DNA of 64,000 nt from Octopus sinensis (lineage: Eukaryota). The position numbers were made by a program, and so were the translations under genes. The stretch spans positions 47,492,001 to 47,556,000 of the forward strand of contig NC_043002.1 of the NCBI RefSeq assembly GCF_006345805.1, given 5' to 3'. Numbering within the stretch: the first letter of the stretch is position 1; the number at the start of each line of letters is the position of its first letter. This document shows, in pieces, positions 46,605 through 61,219 of this stretch. The notes below the pieces were generated by a model. It was not told where the DNA came from and made no database searches. It saw only the letters and a program-made list of their open reading frames with translations.

Positions 46605-49600
46605 TCATGTGGAGATGGGTTGCTTTGATTTGTATTTTTATATCTATTCATGTGTTTTTATTTTATTCATATTACTTTTCTTATATATTTGTATTTGTTT
46701 TGAATAAAGTGATGCTTAACCTGTCTGAATATATTCAATTACATTTAACCCTAGGAGTTAAGTGTGGTATGAAAACCAGAATTCATAACCTTACACTTAA
46801 TTTTAGACATATTGAAGTAAAATGAAATAATTTTAGGCATTAACGAAACCTCTGAAAGCTGCAACTACCTTTTCTCTTTGAAGATGTTAAATTAGAAATA
46901 TTTTGGAATTAAAAATATTTCTAAAATTAGAATTACAAGCTATAACAAAATATTAATTGTAATAAAAAAATTTAATAAAATATTTCTCCTTATTTTTCCT
47001 TCATTGTAAATACCAGTTTTGTAGTAGTGTAAATATATATTTAGGTATTTATTAGTTTTTTCTTAGAAACTATTTGTCATATTACAAGTAATAGAAGTGG
47101 GTTGTTAATTGAAACAGTACATTGCAAAAACTAATTAAGCAAAGTGTTGAAAATAGTAGTAATGTCAAAATATGGTTGGAAAATATGATTAGAAAATACT
47201 TCACCACGTAAAGTTTGCTAAGACTGGTTGGATAACTTATTGATTTATTACTTGTGTATGATGAAAAAATCTATTGGGAAGAAATTTTGTAATATTTATG
47301 CTATTCTCAAGGGGAATGTGGAATACATGAAGTGAAATGTTTCAATTTTAAACTAAAACTGGCTCAAAAACTTCAGTTCATCGTTTGCTCTACAGTGTTT
47401 ACCACACAATAGGATAATACTTTAAAAAAATAGAGAAAAATTAAGGTAAACTCATTTACCCAGCAATCCTCTAATGTATAAGTTTCATATGTGATGTATT
47501 TATTTGCAATTTCTAATAGAGATACCAATTCTCTTGTCAACATATGCGAACAGGCAAAAAAAAAAAAAAAAAGAAAGAAATGAAAGACTAACATATTAAA
47601 TAGTCCTTGTGACCTTCACAATTTTCACTGCAACAGAAGAGTAATCTTTAGGAAGATAGTGAGAATTAGTTGTCTATTGTTGCTAGAGCAATTAGTAGCA
47701 AGAAAAGGATGTGTTGTTCTATTCTTGGCTAACAGACAGTGCATCTACACATCAAGTAAATAAAGTGCAGTGATGCAACAAACAATACTGCTATGCCATT
47801 TAAGAGGAAGCTGGTGTAGCTGAAATTAGTAATGAATGAATAGGAGTAGAGAGAATACAGTAAAATGCTCTCGCTATATATCTCTAGTAATCACTGATTT
47901 ACTCAGATATCATTTGATAAGGAAGATATAAGAAATGTGAGAATTAAGCATTTTTAATAAATTGATAATTTTCTTCTTAATCAAAAAATCAAATGTTCAG
48001 TCTCTCACATTACTCATTATTATTATTATTTTGACCACAATCATAACCACAACCACAATTAAAATTACAATACTGATAGGTGATGGCATGGCTGTATGAT
48101 TAAGAAGTTTGTTTTGCACTCATGTGGCCTCAAGTTCAGTCCCACTGCACAGCACATTCATCATCATCATCATTTACTGTCCCCCTTCCATGCTGGCATG
48201 GGTTGGACGGTTTGACAGGAGCCAGCCAGGCAGAAGCCTGCACCAGTCTTCTGTGTCTGTTTTGGCAGGGTTTTTATGACTGGATGCCCTGCCTAATACC
48301 AACCACCACCCAACAGAATGGACTGAGTTTCTTACATAGCACAAGCACGTGCGAGGTTAGTTTTGTCATGGTTTGTACTGCTGGATGCCCTTCCAAATGC
48401 CAACCAATTTATAGTGTTGACATTGGATAAGGCAAACGAAAGCACTGCAAGTGAGCTTTGTAGAAGGAACTGAAAAAGAGCTTGTCACATGTGTGTGTAT
48501 ATATAGTTGCATACACATGCATGTGTGTGCTTATGCCTTGACATTGCAAGCTAATTGTAAACAGATGTCACTATGATACAGGCAGTGCCACCCATTTGCA
48601 GTCTTTCATGAAAGCATATCTGCCCAGAAACAGGTGAGGGTTGGCAAAAAGAAGAGCATCTAGTCATAGAAAAATCAGTAAATTTTGTCTGGCCTATGCA
48701 AGCCTGGACAAGATTAGACTAAAACTATGATGATGATGATTTCCCCATCTTCCTTATCATAGCAGTTATCATTATAATCACGATTATAATCATGTGGAGA
48801 TGGGTTGCTTTGATTTGTATTTTTATATTTATTTATTCATATGTATTTATTTTATTCATATTACTTTTCTTATATATTTGTATTTGTTTTGTATAAAGTG
48901 ATGCTTAACCTGTCTGAATATATTACCATCTTCATGATCATCATCATCATCTATATTTCTGAGATCCCCTTTATTATTTCTCCTATGTATCCACATCTGA
49001 GTGTGCATGATTTAAATAGGTGTTTAGATTTAAATATATTACAACACTGTACATAACTGACATTATGAGTACCATAGACTTATTAGCTATAGAGATATTG
49101 ATGTTCTCCATAGTTTAATCACTATCAGAAATCAGTAGTAATATTATAATACAAACATATCTAAATAATTCTATGAATGAAAGTAGGAATAAAGGGCCAT
49201 TTTTGTGATAAAGTATTTCAAACTATCAATATGTTGCTACACGAAATGCAAAAGTGATCTATTTCTGAATATTACAGTTGTTGCTATTTTTTAGACCCTG
49301 GTCAGGAGTAAACCTATAACCAAAAGCATTAAAAAAATGTATATTATGTATTATATTCAGGCATCAGGTATCTAAAACTGTTATCCAATGTAGTCTTAAT
49401 ATAATCTCTTTTAAGAATGTGGGATGTGATCTAAGAGTAATTTGACTGTTATTTCTAGTTGTTCAAATGACTGTATACAGTTGAATTAGTTTGGAAAAAT
49501 GAATGCTTTACCATGGAAATAGCTTAGACTGGCTTGATAACTTAATATTGATTTATTACTTAGGCATGATGTCACTAATGTATAAGGAAGTGGAGGGAAA

Positions 49601-49683
49601 AATTGCATGATATTTATGCTATTCTCAAAGGTAATATAGAATACATGAAATGAAATGCTTCAACTGAAACTAGCTCACAGACT
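46605..49683. repeat. Two collinear duplicated blocks: A 46605-46735 / 48790-48924; B ~47221-47382 / ~49527-49683
   Basis: Block A is near-identical (catgtggagatgggttgctttgatttgtat...cttaacctgtctgaatatatt); block B is more diverged (tatttatgctattctcaa..gaatacatgaa). Confidence 0.85.
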
Positions 49684-51675
49684 CATAATTTGACATTACT
49701 ACTTGTTTCCATTTAATTCAGTCAACCTAATTGCTTCATGAACCACACTGGCCTGTAGGAGTGGTACTTAACATTGTCTGTTGTATATCAGACACAGATC
49801 TTCCAGATGTGGTGCTTGTTTAATGCAGGTAAATTTCTCTGCAAGATTCAGTGATATGATGTGGAATGTTATGTCTTCCATAGAGACACAATGAGATAAT
49901 GTTAAGCATTAAGTATGAGGAGAAAATAATGATTTATTTACAGGAAAAAAAATTGAAGGAAATTAAATAATTTAAAATTCTACACAAAACTTGAACAATA
50001 AACATTTAGCATGAAGATAATTGTTTATCTATAGGACAGTATAACATCTTGATATATATATATATCAACCTAAAGGCTACTTGAGCATGTGCATGTGACA
50101 TACATGCATTGTAATGCAGTAGAATATAACCAAATGCATGTGTGAGCATACATGCATATTTGTGTGTATATGAATGCATATGATTGATAATATTAGACTA
50201 AAGGAAAAAATAAACATATATTGTGAAGTTCATGATTGGTTCAATATTCTCTAGCAAGAAAATATTTTTAAAGAATATGTAAATATTATCAAAACAAATC
50301 ATATAGAATGAGAAATAACAATGAAGAAATTGCTGGTATTGATAATTCTCATAAAACATTTGATGAAAGAAAAAAAATTCCTGATAAGTGAATAAAATAA
50401 TAGAGGATAAATAAAAGTATATGGCATCAAAATAAAACTAATAAAATGATATGATAGACTACATTCAAATACACAAAAACGTTTTGAAAATTTCAAATAT
50501 TTTAAAAATTTTATTAAAGCTAAAATGAATGTTTTGAGCAAAGTACTTCTTTCTGGAGATAAAACATAATATTAATCATGACATTTATTTCTGAATAAGA
50601 ACAGATAACACAAAATCATTGATACTTTGATTCCAACTTTCAAAAAATTTGTTAATGAAAATTAAATATTACCAGATTTAAGAAAAATATTAATCATACT
50701 TTGCTTTATGAAGAATTGAAATGTAACTGAATAAATCCACTTAATAAAATTATATGCTAGCAAAGTGCCTTTCATCTAAAAATATTTCACATGCGATCTT
50801 CTTTTGATTGATAAGGAGGAAAGTAAATCATTCTTAACTAAAAGAAATCTAACAAATATTTTAGCTTGAGATAGTATTGAAACAATATGGTTTTTAATGT
50901 GTATACTCAATGTTTCTTTGTAGAGAAGCACTTTATTAGCAAATGAAACATTTTATTTACATTTGAATTTTCATCAGTAAATCAAATTTAGAAACCTATT
51001 ACATATTATATACTTCACGACAATAAAATAATTTATTAGAATATCTATGTATCTGGCTACTTTACTAATAGAAAAATGCTTGATTAATTTATAAATCGTT
51101 AACATATGTTATGCTGATAACACAATTACAAAGCAGACCTTGTAACAATGTATTTACAAATCTGTCATCAAACAAAATGCTATATTCTATTAGTCAGGAT
51201 AATAGCTTAAATCATAGCACAAAAGAAAATTCTTTTCAATCATATATTTTCCAGCGATGCAAACCCTCACTTTTAAATCAGAAACCATTATTTTACTGAT
51301 TTTAGTCAGTGGCGTGTGCCCATACTAGAGCATTAGTTTATTAAGGGGTACAAACAGCTATCAATACTAGAGTTGTTTCTGATAAACATAAGAAAAATCT
51401 TAGAATGAAGAAATAAATTTACTAAACAAAATAAATCTGCAATAAACAATAATAAATTAGACATCTGAAACCCTTTTTCATTTGTTTCATTGCACTAAGT
51501 AATAATTATAACAGTAAGTCTGATTATTATTTGTTTTTAAAAGAAGAACTGACGGTGGCCTTGTAAGTTTAAAGTTATAGTTATTTAAGCAAATAACCAA
51601 ATTATTGACATACATCTAGCATTGGCTATGAGGCTTATTCATCTTTTTCTTCAGTTTTAATCAAAGTGAAGTTAT

Positions 51676-51745
<70 letters not shown>

Positions 51746-51762
51746 ATATAACAATGTGTCTA

Positions 51763-51806
<44 letters not shown>

Positions 51807-52053
51807 ATACACATGTGTACATAAACATAGATATGTATCTTTTATCTTTAACTTGTTTCAGTCATTAGACTACGGTCATGCTGGGGCACTACCTTGAATT
51901 TCTTTTAGTCAAATGAATTGACCCCAGTACATATTTTTTAAGCCTGGGACTTATGCTATCAATCTCTTTTGCCAAAATGCCAAGTTATGGTGATGCAAAC
52001 ACACCAACACCGGTTGCCAAGTGGGAGCCAAACACAGACACAAAGACATATAC

Positions 52054-52111
<58 letters not shown>

Positions 52112-52812
52112 GACGGGCTTCTTTCAGTTTCTGCCTACTAAAACCACAAACAAGGCTTTGATCAGCTCACAGTTATAGTAGATGACACTTACCCAAGATG
52201 CTTTGCAATGGGACTGAACTCTGAACCTTGTGGCTGGGAAGCAAACTTCTTACCACACAGCCACACTTGTGCCTATGTATGTTTTTTCTTGAAGTTTTAG
52301 CTAAATTCTTTGTCAGAAAGTTCAAGCCAGCCACTAACAAAACAACAAGACTTTTTAAGCTAAAAGAATTCCAGGTGTTTGTAAATATCTGGCTGAGTTG
52401 CTGTATTGGTCAAGCTGCCAATGCCCACAGCCAAGTGTGTGCATCTATTAATCTAAAAAATCTCAGATGGAGAATCTTTGAAGTGTCTTACAAATCTTCA
52501 TTGCACCACTAATAGATTGGATTTGGAGAACCAGTGTCAATTTCTTTTGCTCTTTCCTCAAAAAACCTAGTATTTCTACGTTTTTGTGTATGCATGCATA
52601 TGTATGCATATATATGCATACTCACACACATATATACATATGCCTATATATATGTATATATATAATATATATATACACACACATATATACATACATACAT
52701 ATATATATATATACCTCCCCTTCTTCGTAGTTCTCCTATGTGACCCCTCTGTCTGTCATTTGCTATGATAGATCACTAGCCACTACACATTCTAAATTTT
52801 CTCTTCCTGTTA

Positions 52813-52848
52813 CTTTCTGTGGAAGAGCATAGGCTCGAAATGTTAAAG
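52813..52848 (+). ncRNA. Second copy of the variant minimal hammerhead-like motif in a Penelope-like remnant (~52765-52935)
   Basis: cttt-CTGTGGA-A-GAGC atag GCTC-GAAAT-GTT-aaag. Confidence 0.4.
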
Positions 52849-53068
52849 ACTTTTTCACTTCCCAAGCGTTAAACTAATACATCAGTTTGTTGCTTGCATC
52901 ACCTGTCTTCGCCTTTTGTTTTTTTTGTGAATTCTCCCTTATATACATATATATATATATATATATATACACATACATATATATATACATATATATTCAT
53001 ACATATATATACACACATATATACATACATACATATATATGCATATATATACAAACACACATTTGTAT

Positions 53069-53104
<36 letters not shown>

Positions 53105-53297
53105 CATAGGTAATTAAGGAATTAATTCTCTCTTTAGATTGTGATAAACTAGGAAATGAAGAAAGAAATTTTTTGAAGGAACTTTTGAATGATACTAAAC
53201 AAAATTAATACGTTTAATCTTCAACTCTATTAAATATTATTGGCCATTTAAGAAAAAAAATGAAAATAATTTAAATTGAAAACTAATGAAATTTCGG

Positions 53298-53329
<32 letters not shown>

Positions 53330-56300
53330 CTGTTAACTTATATGATGTCCCAGCAAAATAATAAAATTTTACAAGCCTATCTACTTAAGCTTAAGTGGAT
53401 ATTTTCCAAGAAATTTCAGATACTAATCTTTATAGATCTATTTAGTGGTCACAAATCATTTAGTGTAGTCTATTTTAGCTTTATTTTTAATTAAAGATTA
53501 AATTTAAGAATAGGTATTTCTAGAAGTCTAGTGATAACCAAAATTTATTTCCTTATTTTCTAACTATTAAGTAGGGAAAAAATTCAATGAGCAAAAACTA
53601 GAATGATTATTCAGCAGAAAGACCTTTTTGGAACAACTCAAAAATTTTTGCATAAATATTTTATTGGATGTAAAGTAATTTATTTTTAATTAAAAATATG
53701 ATAAAAAGAAACGATGTTGAAATATCTTCACATCGTAACAGATTGATTCATTTCAAAAGTGCTTATTGCTTAAAGGATGAACCATTTAACATGTGTACTC
53801 TTCAGTAGTACAAAAGCTATTAGTGAACCATGTCTACAAGAGACTTTTGTTTCCTGATTGAGGCATCTCAGTTCACTTTATGCATTTGGAATTGTAAGTA
53901 GGACTTCATAACATGGAAAGGGATAAACCTCAATTAGCTGAGTTTCTGCTAGCAAACTATTTGAAAATTAAGATGGAAATTTATTGAACAATTAAGAATG
54001 ATGTTATTGTAATATGGGAATAAATTACCCTTATAAAAAGCCAAATTTTCAAAATTTAATAGTTTGTTGCAATAGAAAAAGTGTCTTGAAATAGGTATTT
54101 TAAAATCTGACAGAATGGACCATTAAATCAAAGTTTTATTGGAAAATTCTTTATAAGATTTAATTTTCGAGCCCAGCTACACAACATTCACTTATCTATA
54201 GTTTTGTCAAATGGCCTTTGCAAGAACATGATAATGTAGATGTTCAGACCATTAATTACTCTTTCAGTATGAGTTATTTATCTAGTTGTAAATTTGACTT
54301 CTTGGGTTCAAATTTTGTCTGCAATTTTTCTTTAATAGAGTTTAACCTTTCATTATTAGTAGGATCAACGAAAAAAGTACTCCATCTAGTATCATTTAAT
54401 ATACAGAGTATTTAAATATAAGCTATGAATTGTTTTTTTGCCTTGTGTCTCTGAGCAATCCTTCAGGCTTGAATACACACGGCGGGTCTTATTTGAAAAA
54501 CTGAGCCTATAGGATTGCTTGGTGACACAAAGCATGATATATAAATCTGCTGAATTATTGTGTTTCAACAGCATGAAACTATTAGTAGCTCATATTTAAA
54601 TACTATATATCTATATATATATATGAAATCCTACAAGGTCACTCATTTTCAAAGAATTGTGTCAAGTTTTTGATCTATTTAATTGATGAAAATGGTAAGT
54701 TTCATTTAAAAGCCTAGTCGATTTTTTAATGGATTAATCATTACACCAACAAATATGTTATGACTAATATTTGAAGCACTGAAAATTTTGATTATTTGAA
54801 AACTTAACTGATACACGTAGGCAACTAAATGATAACAGAAACATAAAAAAAAGATTTATTAAAATAAGAACAAAGCTGCAAAGAGATTTGGAGAAAATTA
54901 ACTTACATTTCAAACTGCTCAATAAATGCGCAAAAATAATTTATGATGTCCTCTAATAACTTGTGTATTATATCAAATGTAACTTTTATTCAATATTTCT
55001 TGAAAATATCCTGTGCTTCATTTGTTTTCCAATAATCGATACTCTTAATACTAGAGAAATACGTAATCAACATGTTGGTATAAATGACATTTGTTTCTAT
55101 TCTGTTTCAATAATAATTCTACTAAGATCTACTTATTACATTTATTATATGAACTGGCTTCTCAACACTCGTAGAAATTTTGCCTTTACCTATTTCTCCC
55201 TTCCTTCCTCATTACTGATTCTTTCCCAACAATCAGAAATTATTTGGTAAACAAGAAAGTCACAGATTATAACCTACATTGAAGAATAATGTTTGATTTT
55301 GAGTTTTTATGTCACAAATAACCAAATCATTTAGTTTCTATGATTTTGTAGCACTGGATTTCTATTCAGCTTCATATGTGAGTGATAAATTCTCTAAAAA
55401 TGTCCAAGTGACTGTTTAATAATGAGACTAACTCTTTGGTTTAGCATCAATAGTCGGCTATGAATTTATGATTCTGAAATATTTTCCATAGACATCTTCA
55501 CTATCTATATTTCAATTCAACCTAAATAACCAGAATTCTGCATAACTTGTTGAATAAATATGTATTAGTTTGATTGACTACAATGTAATATATTTGGTTT
55601 TGCATAAACAGAGGTGCTCTTTGCTTCAAAGCAGTTATTTAACACAACAGAAGCAACTGAATGTACTGATAGTATCCTTTAATCTTAAAGAGTAAAATTT
55701 AGAGCTCTTTAGTGAAACCAAGCATCTTCAACATATTAGGCTATAAAATACTGAACAATATATCAGTAAGCTATGACTTGCCTGATAAAAAATATACTCG
55801 AAGAAAAGACTGTTTTAAAATAGATGTATCAGTTATTTCAATTTGAGGGGAAAATATTAACCTTTACTCTTATTACATCAAATGTAATTGAATTAATAGA
55901 TCAACAGTTATATTTCAAACTACATCAGGTTTATATCAAGTCATTTTATGAGTAAATGTGCTATAAGATTTTAGTGTAAATGAGCATGGTTAAAATTTAT
56001 TTTAAAACTGAGAAACATTCAAAAAGTAGTTACAGAGTTCAATATTCAGTTTGCAATATATTTCTAAGACATATAATTTCAGGATTTATTTATGGAATAT
56101 ATAATACTTTTATTAAACTACATTATGCTGGAAAAAATGCAGTCATTTTACTTTTTTTAAGCTACTAATGCAAATCAAGAATATATTTAATATTAAATAA
56201 ATTCATTTAGTCTTTAAATAATTTTTTTTAAATTTTGATTTTATGAATTGACAAGAGCTTGCTTAAAAACTTTTACATTCTATTTGGTTTATAATTAGAG

Positions 56301-56907
56301 AAAATGCTAAACATGTAAAAATCTATTTTTAGTCATAAAGTCATACAACCAGAAAAATAGTTTCATATTTTAATTATATTTAGAAAAATAAAATTTTATT
56401 AAATACAAAGTTAAAATTTACTGTATAAAATAGCTAACTATAGTTCATCATTAGTATATTTTTCCAGATGTATAAATTTAGATTTAAATCTGTTTGTACT
56501 AACATTTACACAGTCAATATATATTTATCAAGTTTCAAATATCACAGAAAATATTATGACATGTAATTTCAATACTGAAAAAGTATCTCAATCAATAGAA
56601 AAAAGGTCAGGCTATTTTTACAGAGGAATTATCAATTCAAAATCTATATCCTTCTTAAAATCCAACTCACTATTGGATGAAATTGGATCTGTTTTCTAGA
56701 AAGATGCAGTTTGAGTATTGAATGAAAATCTAAAAATGAACATTTAATGGTGATATGCATAATATAATATGAATATTACTCTGAAACAAAAGAAGAAAAA
56801 AAAGAAAGTAAAAGGAAAAAGAATATAAACTATAATGACACACTGTTATGACAACTGTAGCCTGCTGGAAAAAGATAGCATCATTACATAATAATAATAA
56901 TAATAAC

Positions 56908-56944
<37 letters not shown>

Positions 56945-58505
56945 GTAATAATAATAATGATAATAATAATAACAGTAACATCAGTTCTTAGTGTTAATGT
57001 TCTGCTCAGTATTTGTCAATTGACACGAAAACCCAATGGAAAGGAGAGAAAAAATGTTAGGCGTTGACAGAAAGGAAGTACAGAATTTGAATAACAGATT
57101 AATGGAAGAAAAGAAGAAAAACAAAGAAATGTGTTTTTTTATAAGTTGAATAAAATGAATTATATTTTTGTTAGGAATCCTTTCCAAAATATAATTTAAG
57201 GAATATTTTTGCAAAGTCTTTGACAATATCAATTTATAATTCTAATAAATATTTTACAATGTAAATTTAACTTAAAATTTATGCTCTATCATCAAGTGAT
57301 AAAAAAAATAAAAATTTTATTAAAATTCGAATGAGAGAATTGAACAAAAAAAAATCTTAATCAACTAAAGAAAGTTTTGGTATTTACAAAACAAAAGACA
57401 TGTAAAGTAATTGTAGCAAATGTTTTCAGAAACAAACTCAAAAGACATTCTGGTTCCAAACAAGAATTAAAAAAAAAAGATCAAAATAAACAGATTTGTA
57501 TAAATCATTCATGAAATTAACAGTTTGCATTATTCTTGTAATGATTATTCTTAATTAGATAGAGAAAGGAAATAGATGAAGTGAATTAGAAAGTAAAAAG
57601 AAGACAATTAATAAATGAAGAAAAAAAAGCAAAAAAAAAGTAAATAAAATAAGAGTTTAAAAAAAATAAATGAAAAATACCATTCTAGAGAGCAGCAGAG
57701 TAGCAGAGTTCAGAAGTCAAAGTTGAAATGTTTGGAGCATGGAGTTGAAGACAGTGTGAAGCAGAAGATTAAAATCTCTACAAGTGTTGAAGAAAAGTGG
57801 TTAGTAGAAGTTCTAAATGAGCAATATGCCTTTACTTATGTTATGATTCTAAGGCATTTAAAAAAATTAGTAAAATACAATGGTCTTAAGCATATTAGTA
57901 TTTAAGTATATATTTTTAAAAGTTTAGTAATATGTTAAGATTTTTGTTCTCTCAGTCATTTACTATAGCTTTTCAGTTCATTAATTTCTTTTAACAAACA
58001 CACCTACGGAACAGTTATCTAAAATTTTAGGCTTCTAACAAATATTGAGGTACTACATTATAATGCTATTTGATGTTAGAAACTGGTAAAATTTTAAAAG
58101 TATCCATTGCAAATTCAGCAATTAATTAAACATAGTATTTAAGATTAATAAAAAATAAAATGACGCATAAAGTATTTCTACATACACATGTAAACAAACA
58201 CACACACACACACAAACACTCACACAAATTACATACATGGATATATATACAAATGCATACATACATACATATACATATCTGAATATAATATATTTATATG
58301 TATGCTATATATATATATGTATATTACATATATTTATATATATAGACATACATATATATTTACATATATATATTTTTATATATATACAAATATATATATT
58401 TATAACTATATGACATTTATACATTATATATATGTGTATGTATATATTTATATATATATAACATAACATTTTTATATATTTACATATATAATATATATAT
58501 ATATA

Positions 58506-58777
58506 CTGTTGTGTCTGGGGAAAGTCATTCTCTTTTGGTGCCTAATAATTTAACACACTCACCGGTAAAATTTTCACTTATTTCTTTTTTATTTATTAAA
58601 AAGTTTCATTGTGTCTTGTAACCTTTTCAATAGTTTTGACTCTCTCAACTATTGAAAAGGTCGCAAGATGCAACAAAAAATTTTGGAAAAATAAAAAATA
58701 AATAAGTAGAAATTTTACTGGCGAGTGTGTTAAATTATAAGGCACCAAAAGAGAATGACTCTCCCCAGACACAACAG
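58506..58777. mobile_element. Palindromic MITE-like element (272 bp); terminal fragment at ~43908-43935
   Basis: ctgttgtgtctgggga..gtcattctcttttggtgcct versus aggcaccaaaagagaatgactctccccagacacaacag; self-complementary almost to the centre. Confidence 0.85.
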
Positions 58778-58906
58778 AATATGTTTAACACACAAACTCA
58801 CATAAAGAATCTTGCAAACCAAATCCCAAAATGAAATATATATGTATATTTATATTTAATATATATATATATTTATATTTAATATATATATATATATATT
58901 TATATT

Positions 58907-58938
<32 letters not shown>

Positions 58939-58999
58939 GATATATACACTTATATATATATATATGATATGGTGCTATGTCTTTTCCTCCAACGTTGTT

Positions 59000-59090
59000 G
59001 GACAAAAATCATCAGACAAAAAGATGTCAGACCAAAAGACATGGACGAAGTGACATTGGACAAAATGACATCAGACAAAAAGTCGGGTCA
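59000..59090. repeat. Array of ~six 14-15-bp units (gacaaaa.g.catca-like)
   Basis: Units begin at 59001, 59015, 59030, 59044, 59059, 59074. Confidence 0.8.
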
Positions 59091-59578
59091 CAATATGATA
59101 TATATACATTATATATGTATCTGTATGTATATATTTATAAATATAAGATATATATATGTATATATTTACATATATATGTTCATATATTCATATATAATCA
59201 TACACACACACACACTTGTATACATATTATGTCTCTTCTGCAATGCTAGCATGAGTCTGGGTATTGTTTTTCACCTGGATGCCCATTATCAGGTTAGAGA
59301 GTATCATGCAGCTTGATTTGAACAGAGCTATTAGACAATTTGCTGACAGTGAATTCTTAACAAACAGCAGATAACAACACACAAACTGGTAGATACACAT
59401 GAACACACACACACATACACACACAACTGGATTTATAGAGTTTTCCTCTGATAAAAATCCCAAATGCATTGGTTTTCTTGGGACTGATTTACAAAGCAAT
59501 TGCCTAAATTACTACAAGGTGGAACTGAACTTGACCATGTGGTTTCCTAGCACACTGTCATGCTTGCACTTCATGTGC

Positions 59579-59661
<83 letters not shown>

Positions 59662-59775
59662 CATACATATATAAAAGAGCATTTTAATTCACTTGAAGCA
59701 TTGTAGTGCAGAAGTAGAAAAAGGAAAGAAAAATATAGTAAGCTTCAAACAATGCAGAAAGTTTTACAAAAACTT

Positions 59776-59925
59776 TTATATTTCAGGTGCAAAGGCCCAT
59801 CCTCTGAAGGAAGCAGTTAAAAAAATGTCTAGTTACACTGATTTATTAAAATAATGAAATCGGTGTAACTAGACATTACTTGGACTGCTTCCATCTGAAA
59901 ATGGACCTTTGCACCTGAAATATAA
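59776..59925. mobile_element. Palindromic MITE-like element (150 bp)
   Basis: ttatatttcaggtgcaaaggcccat..atgtctagttacactgattt versus aaatcggtgtaactagacat..atggacctttgcacctgaaatataa. Confidence 0.85.
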
Positions 59926-60499
59926 TGGTTTTTGTAAAACTTTCTGCCATGTACAAAGCTTTCTACATTTTTCTTTTTTTTTTTTTTTTTACCTATTCAT
60001 ATATATATATAATATATATATATATATTATATATATATATATATATGCATCCATATAATATAACATTATTCAAATGTTGGATCAGAAAACATGATAAAAT
60101 AAACATGCCTTCAGTTTCAATAAAGAATAATGTATTCTATGCATAGAAGTATGAATATAGATGAATATAGATACATCAGTGAAATTGAAGAATAATTTGA
60201 AATAAACTTTCTTCTCTGGCATTACCACAACATTTGTTGAATGAATGTTGATTGATACCATTAGCTGATAAATCTACAGACAATAAAACTAGCAGCAATA
60301 ATGTAATTGATAGTTAATCCAACATCTGAATAAAGCTGTTATACTCTGCATTTTTGCATTGAGTTCTCTATGGTATAAATTAGTTACAGCATACATACAC
60401 ACATGTATATCTATATATCTATTTATCTATGTATCTATGCACACACATATACATATATGTTCATGTGTATACATGTATATATAAAATATAACATAGAAA

Positions 60500-60790
60500 T
60501 GTAGATCACATGAAGAGCTCAGCTCTAAGGCACTTCTCAGAGTAAATTGTAAAAACTTTAACATTAGTGACAACTACTGAGAAGATTCCACTCATGACAG
60601 GACAGCTTACAGATCCTCATTCACTAAGGGGCTGACCACTTCTTTTAAGAATAGTGTGAAGTCTTGAAGGAAAGCATGGTTATTCCAAATGTCAAAATCT
60701 GCTCTTCTTTCTGGACAGATTGATCTGACTGTCAGAAGATCTGAACTACAAGGATCTGTGCACATGTGCCATTAACTTCTAATTTGGTAT
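60500..60790 (+). mobile_element. Possible highly decayed mariner fragment
   Basis: gaagatctgaactacaag..atctgtgcacat.gtgcc resembles EDL.Y.KICA.WVP. Confidence 0.3.
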
Positions 60791-61134
60791 AAAATCACCC
60801 TCAATTTTGAAGAACTGCTGTGATCACCCACACACACACACACTCACACATGCATACACATGTATCATCAATATATATATAATCATATCTTTGACTCTTC
60901 TACTTGTTTCAGTCTTTAGACTGTAGTTATGCTGGGCCACCTTGTTATATGCATAGAAATATATGAAAACAGTCAAATATTAAAACGAAGTATCAGTCAA
61001 TACTGTTCAGAGGAACAATGTACTTCTTTGAGTTTTGCAAGGAAGAGTTTGGCAGTTACTTAAAAAGTTTGCCTAACAAGGTGTCATCAGACTGAAGGTG
61101 GCTTGAGCAAAAACTTCTCAGTCAACCTTTCCTG

Positions 61135-61138
61135 TCTG

Positions 61139-61218
<80 letters not shown>
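61135..61218. repeat. (TATC)n microsatellite; one of dozens of (TA)n, (CA)n, (TACA)n, (AAT)n and (GAT)n tracts
   Basis: Direct read. Confidence 0.97.

Positions 61219-61219
<1 letters not shown>

Noticed and set aside
47461-47520. Minus-strand GATTGCTGG|GTAAAT donor with an open frame
   Set aside because: Phase 0 and no domain motif; cannot join phase-1 exon A.
56661-56719. Minus-strand segment with a ttttag acceptor and GTGAGT donor
   Set aside because: No agrin-like peptide in any frame, and the phases do not fit exon A.
60226-60264. 39-nt phase 1-1 micro-exon candidate (xNGINQHSFNKCC) with cag acceptor and GTAATG donor
   Set aside because: Weak splice signals, no Kazal motif and unpaired cysteines; expected by chance in AT-rich DNA.
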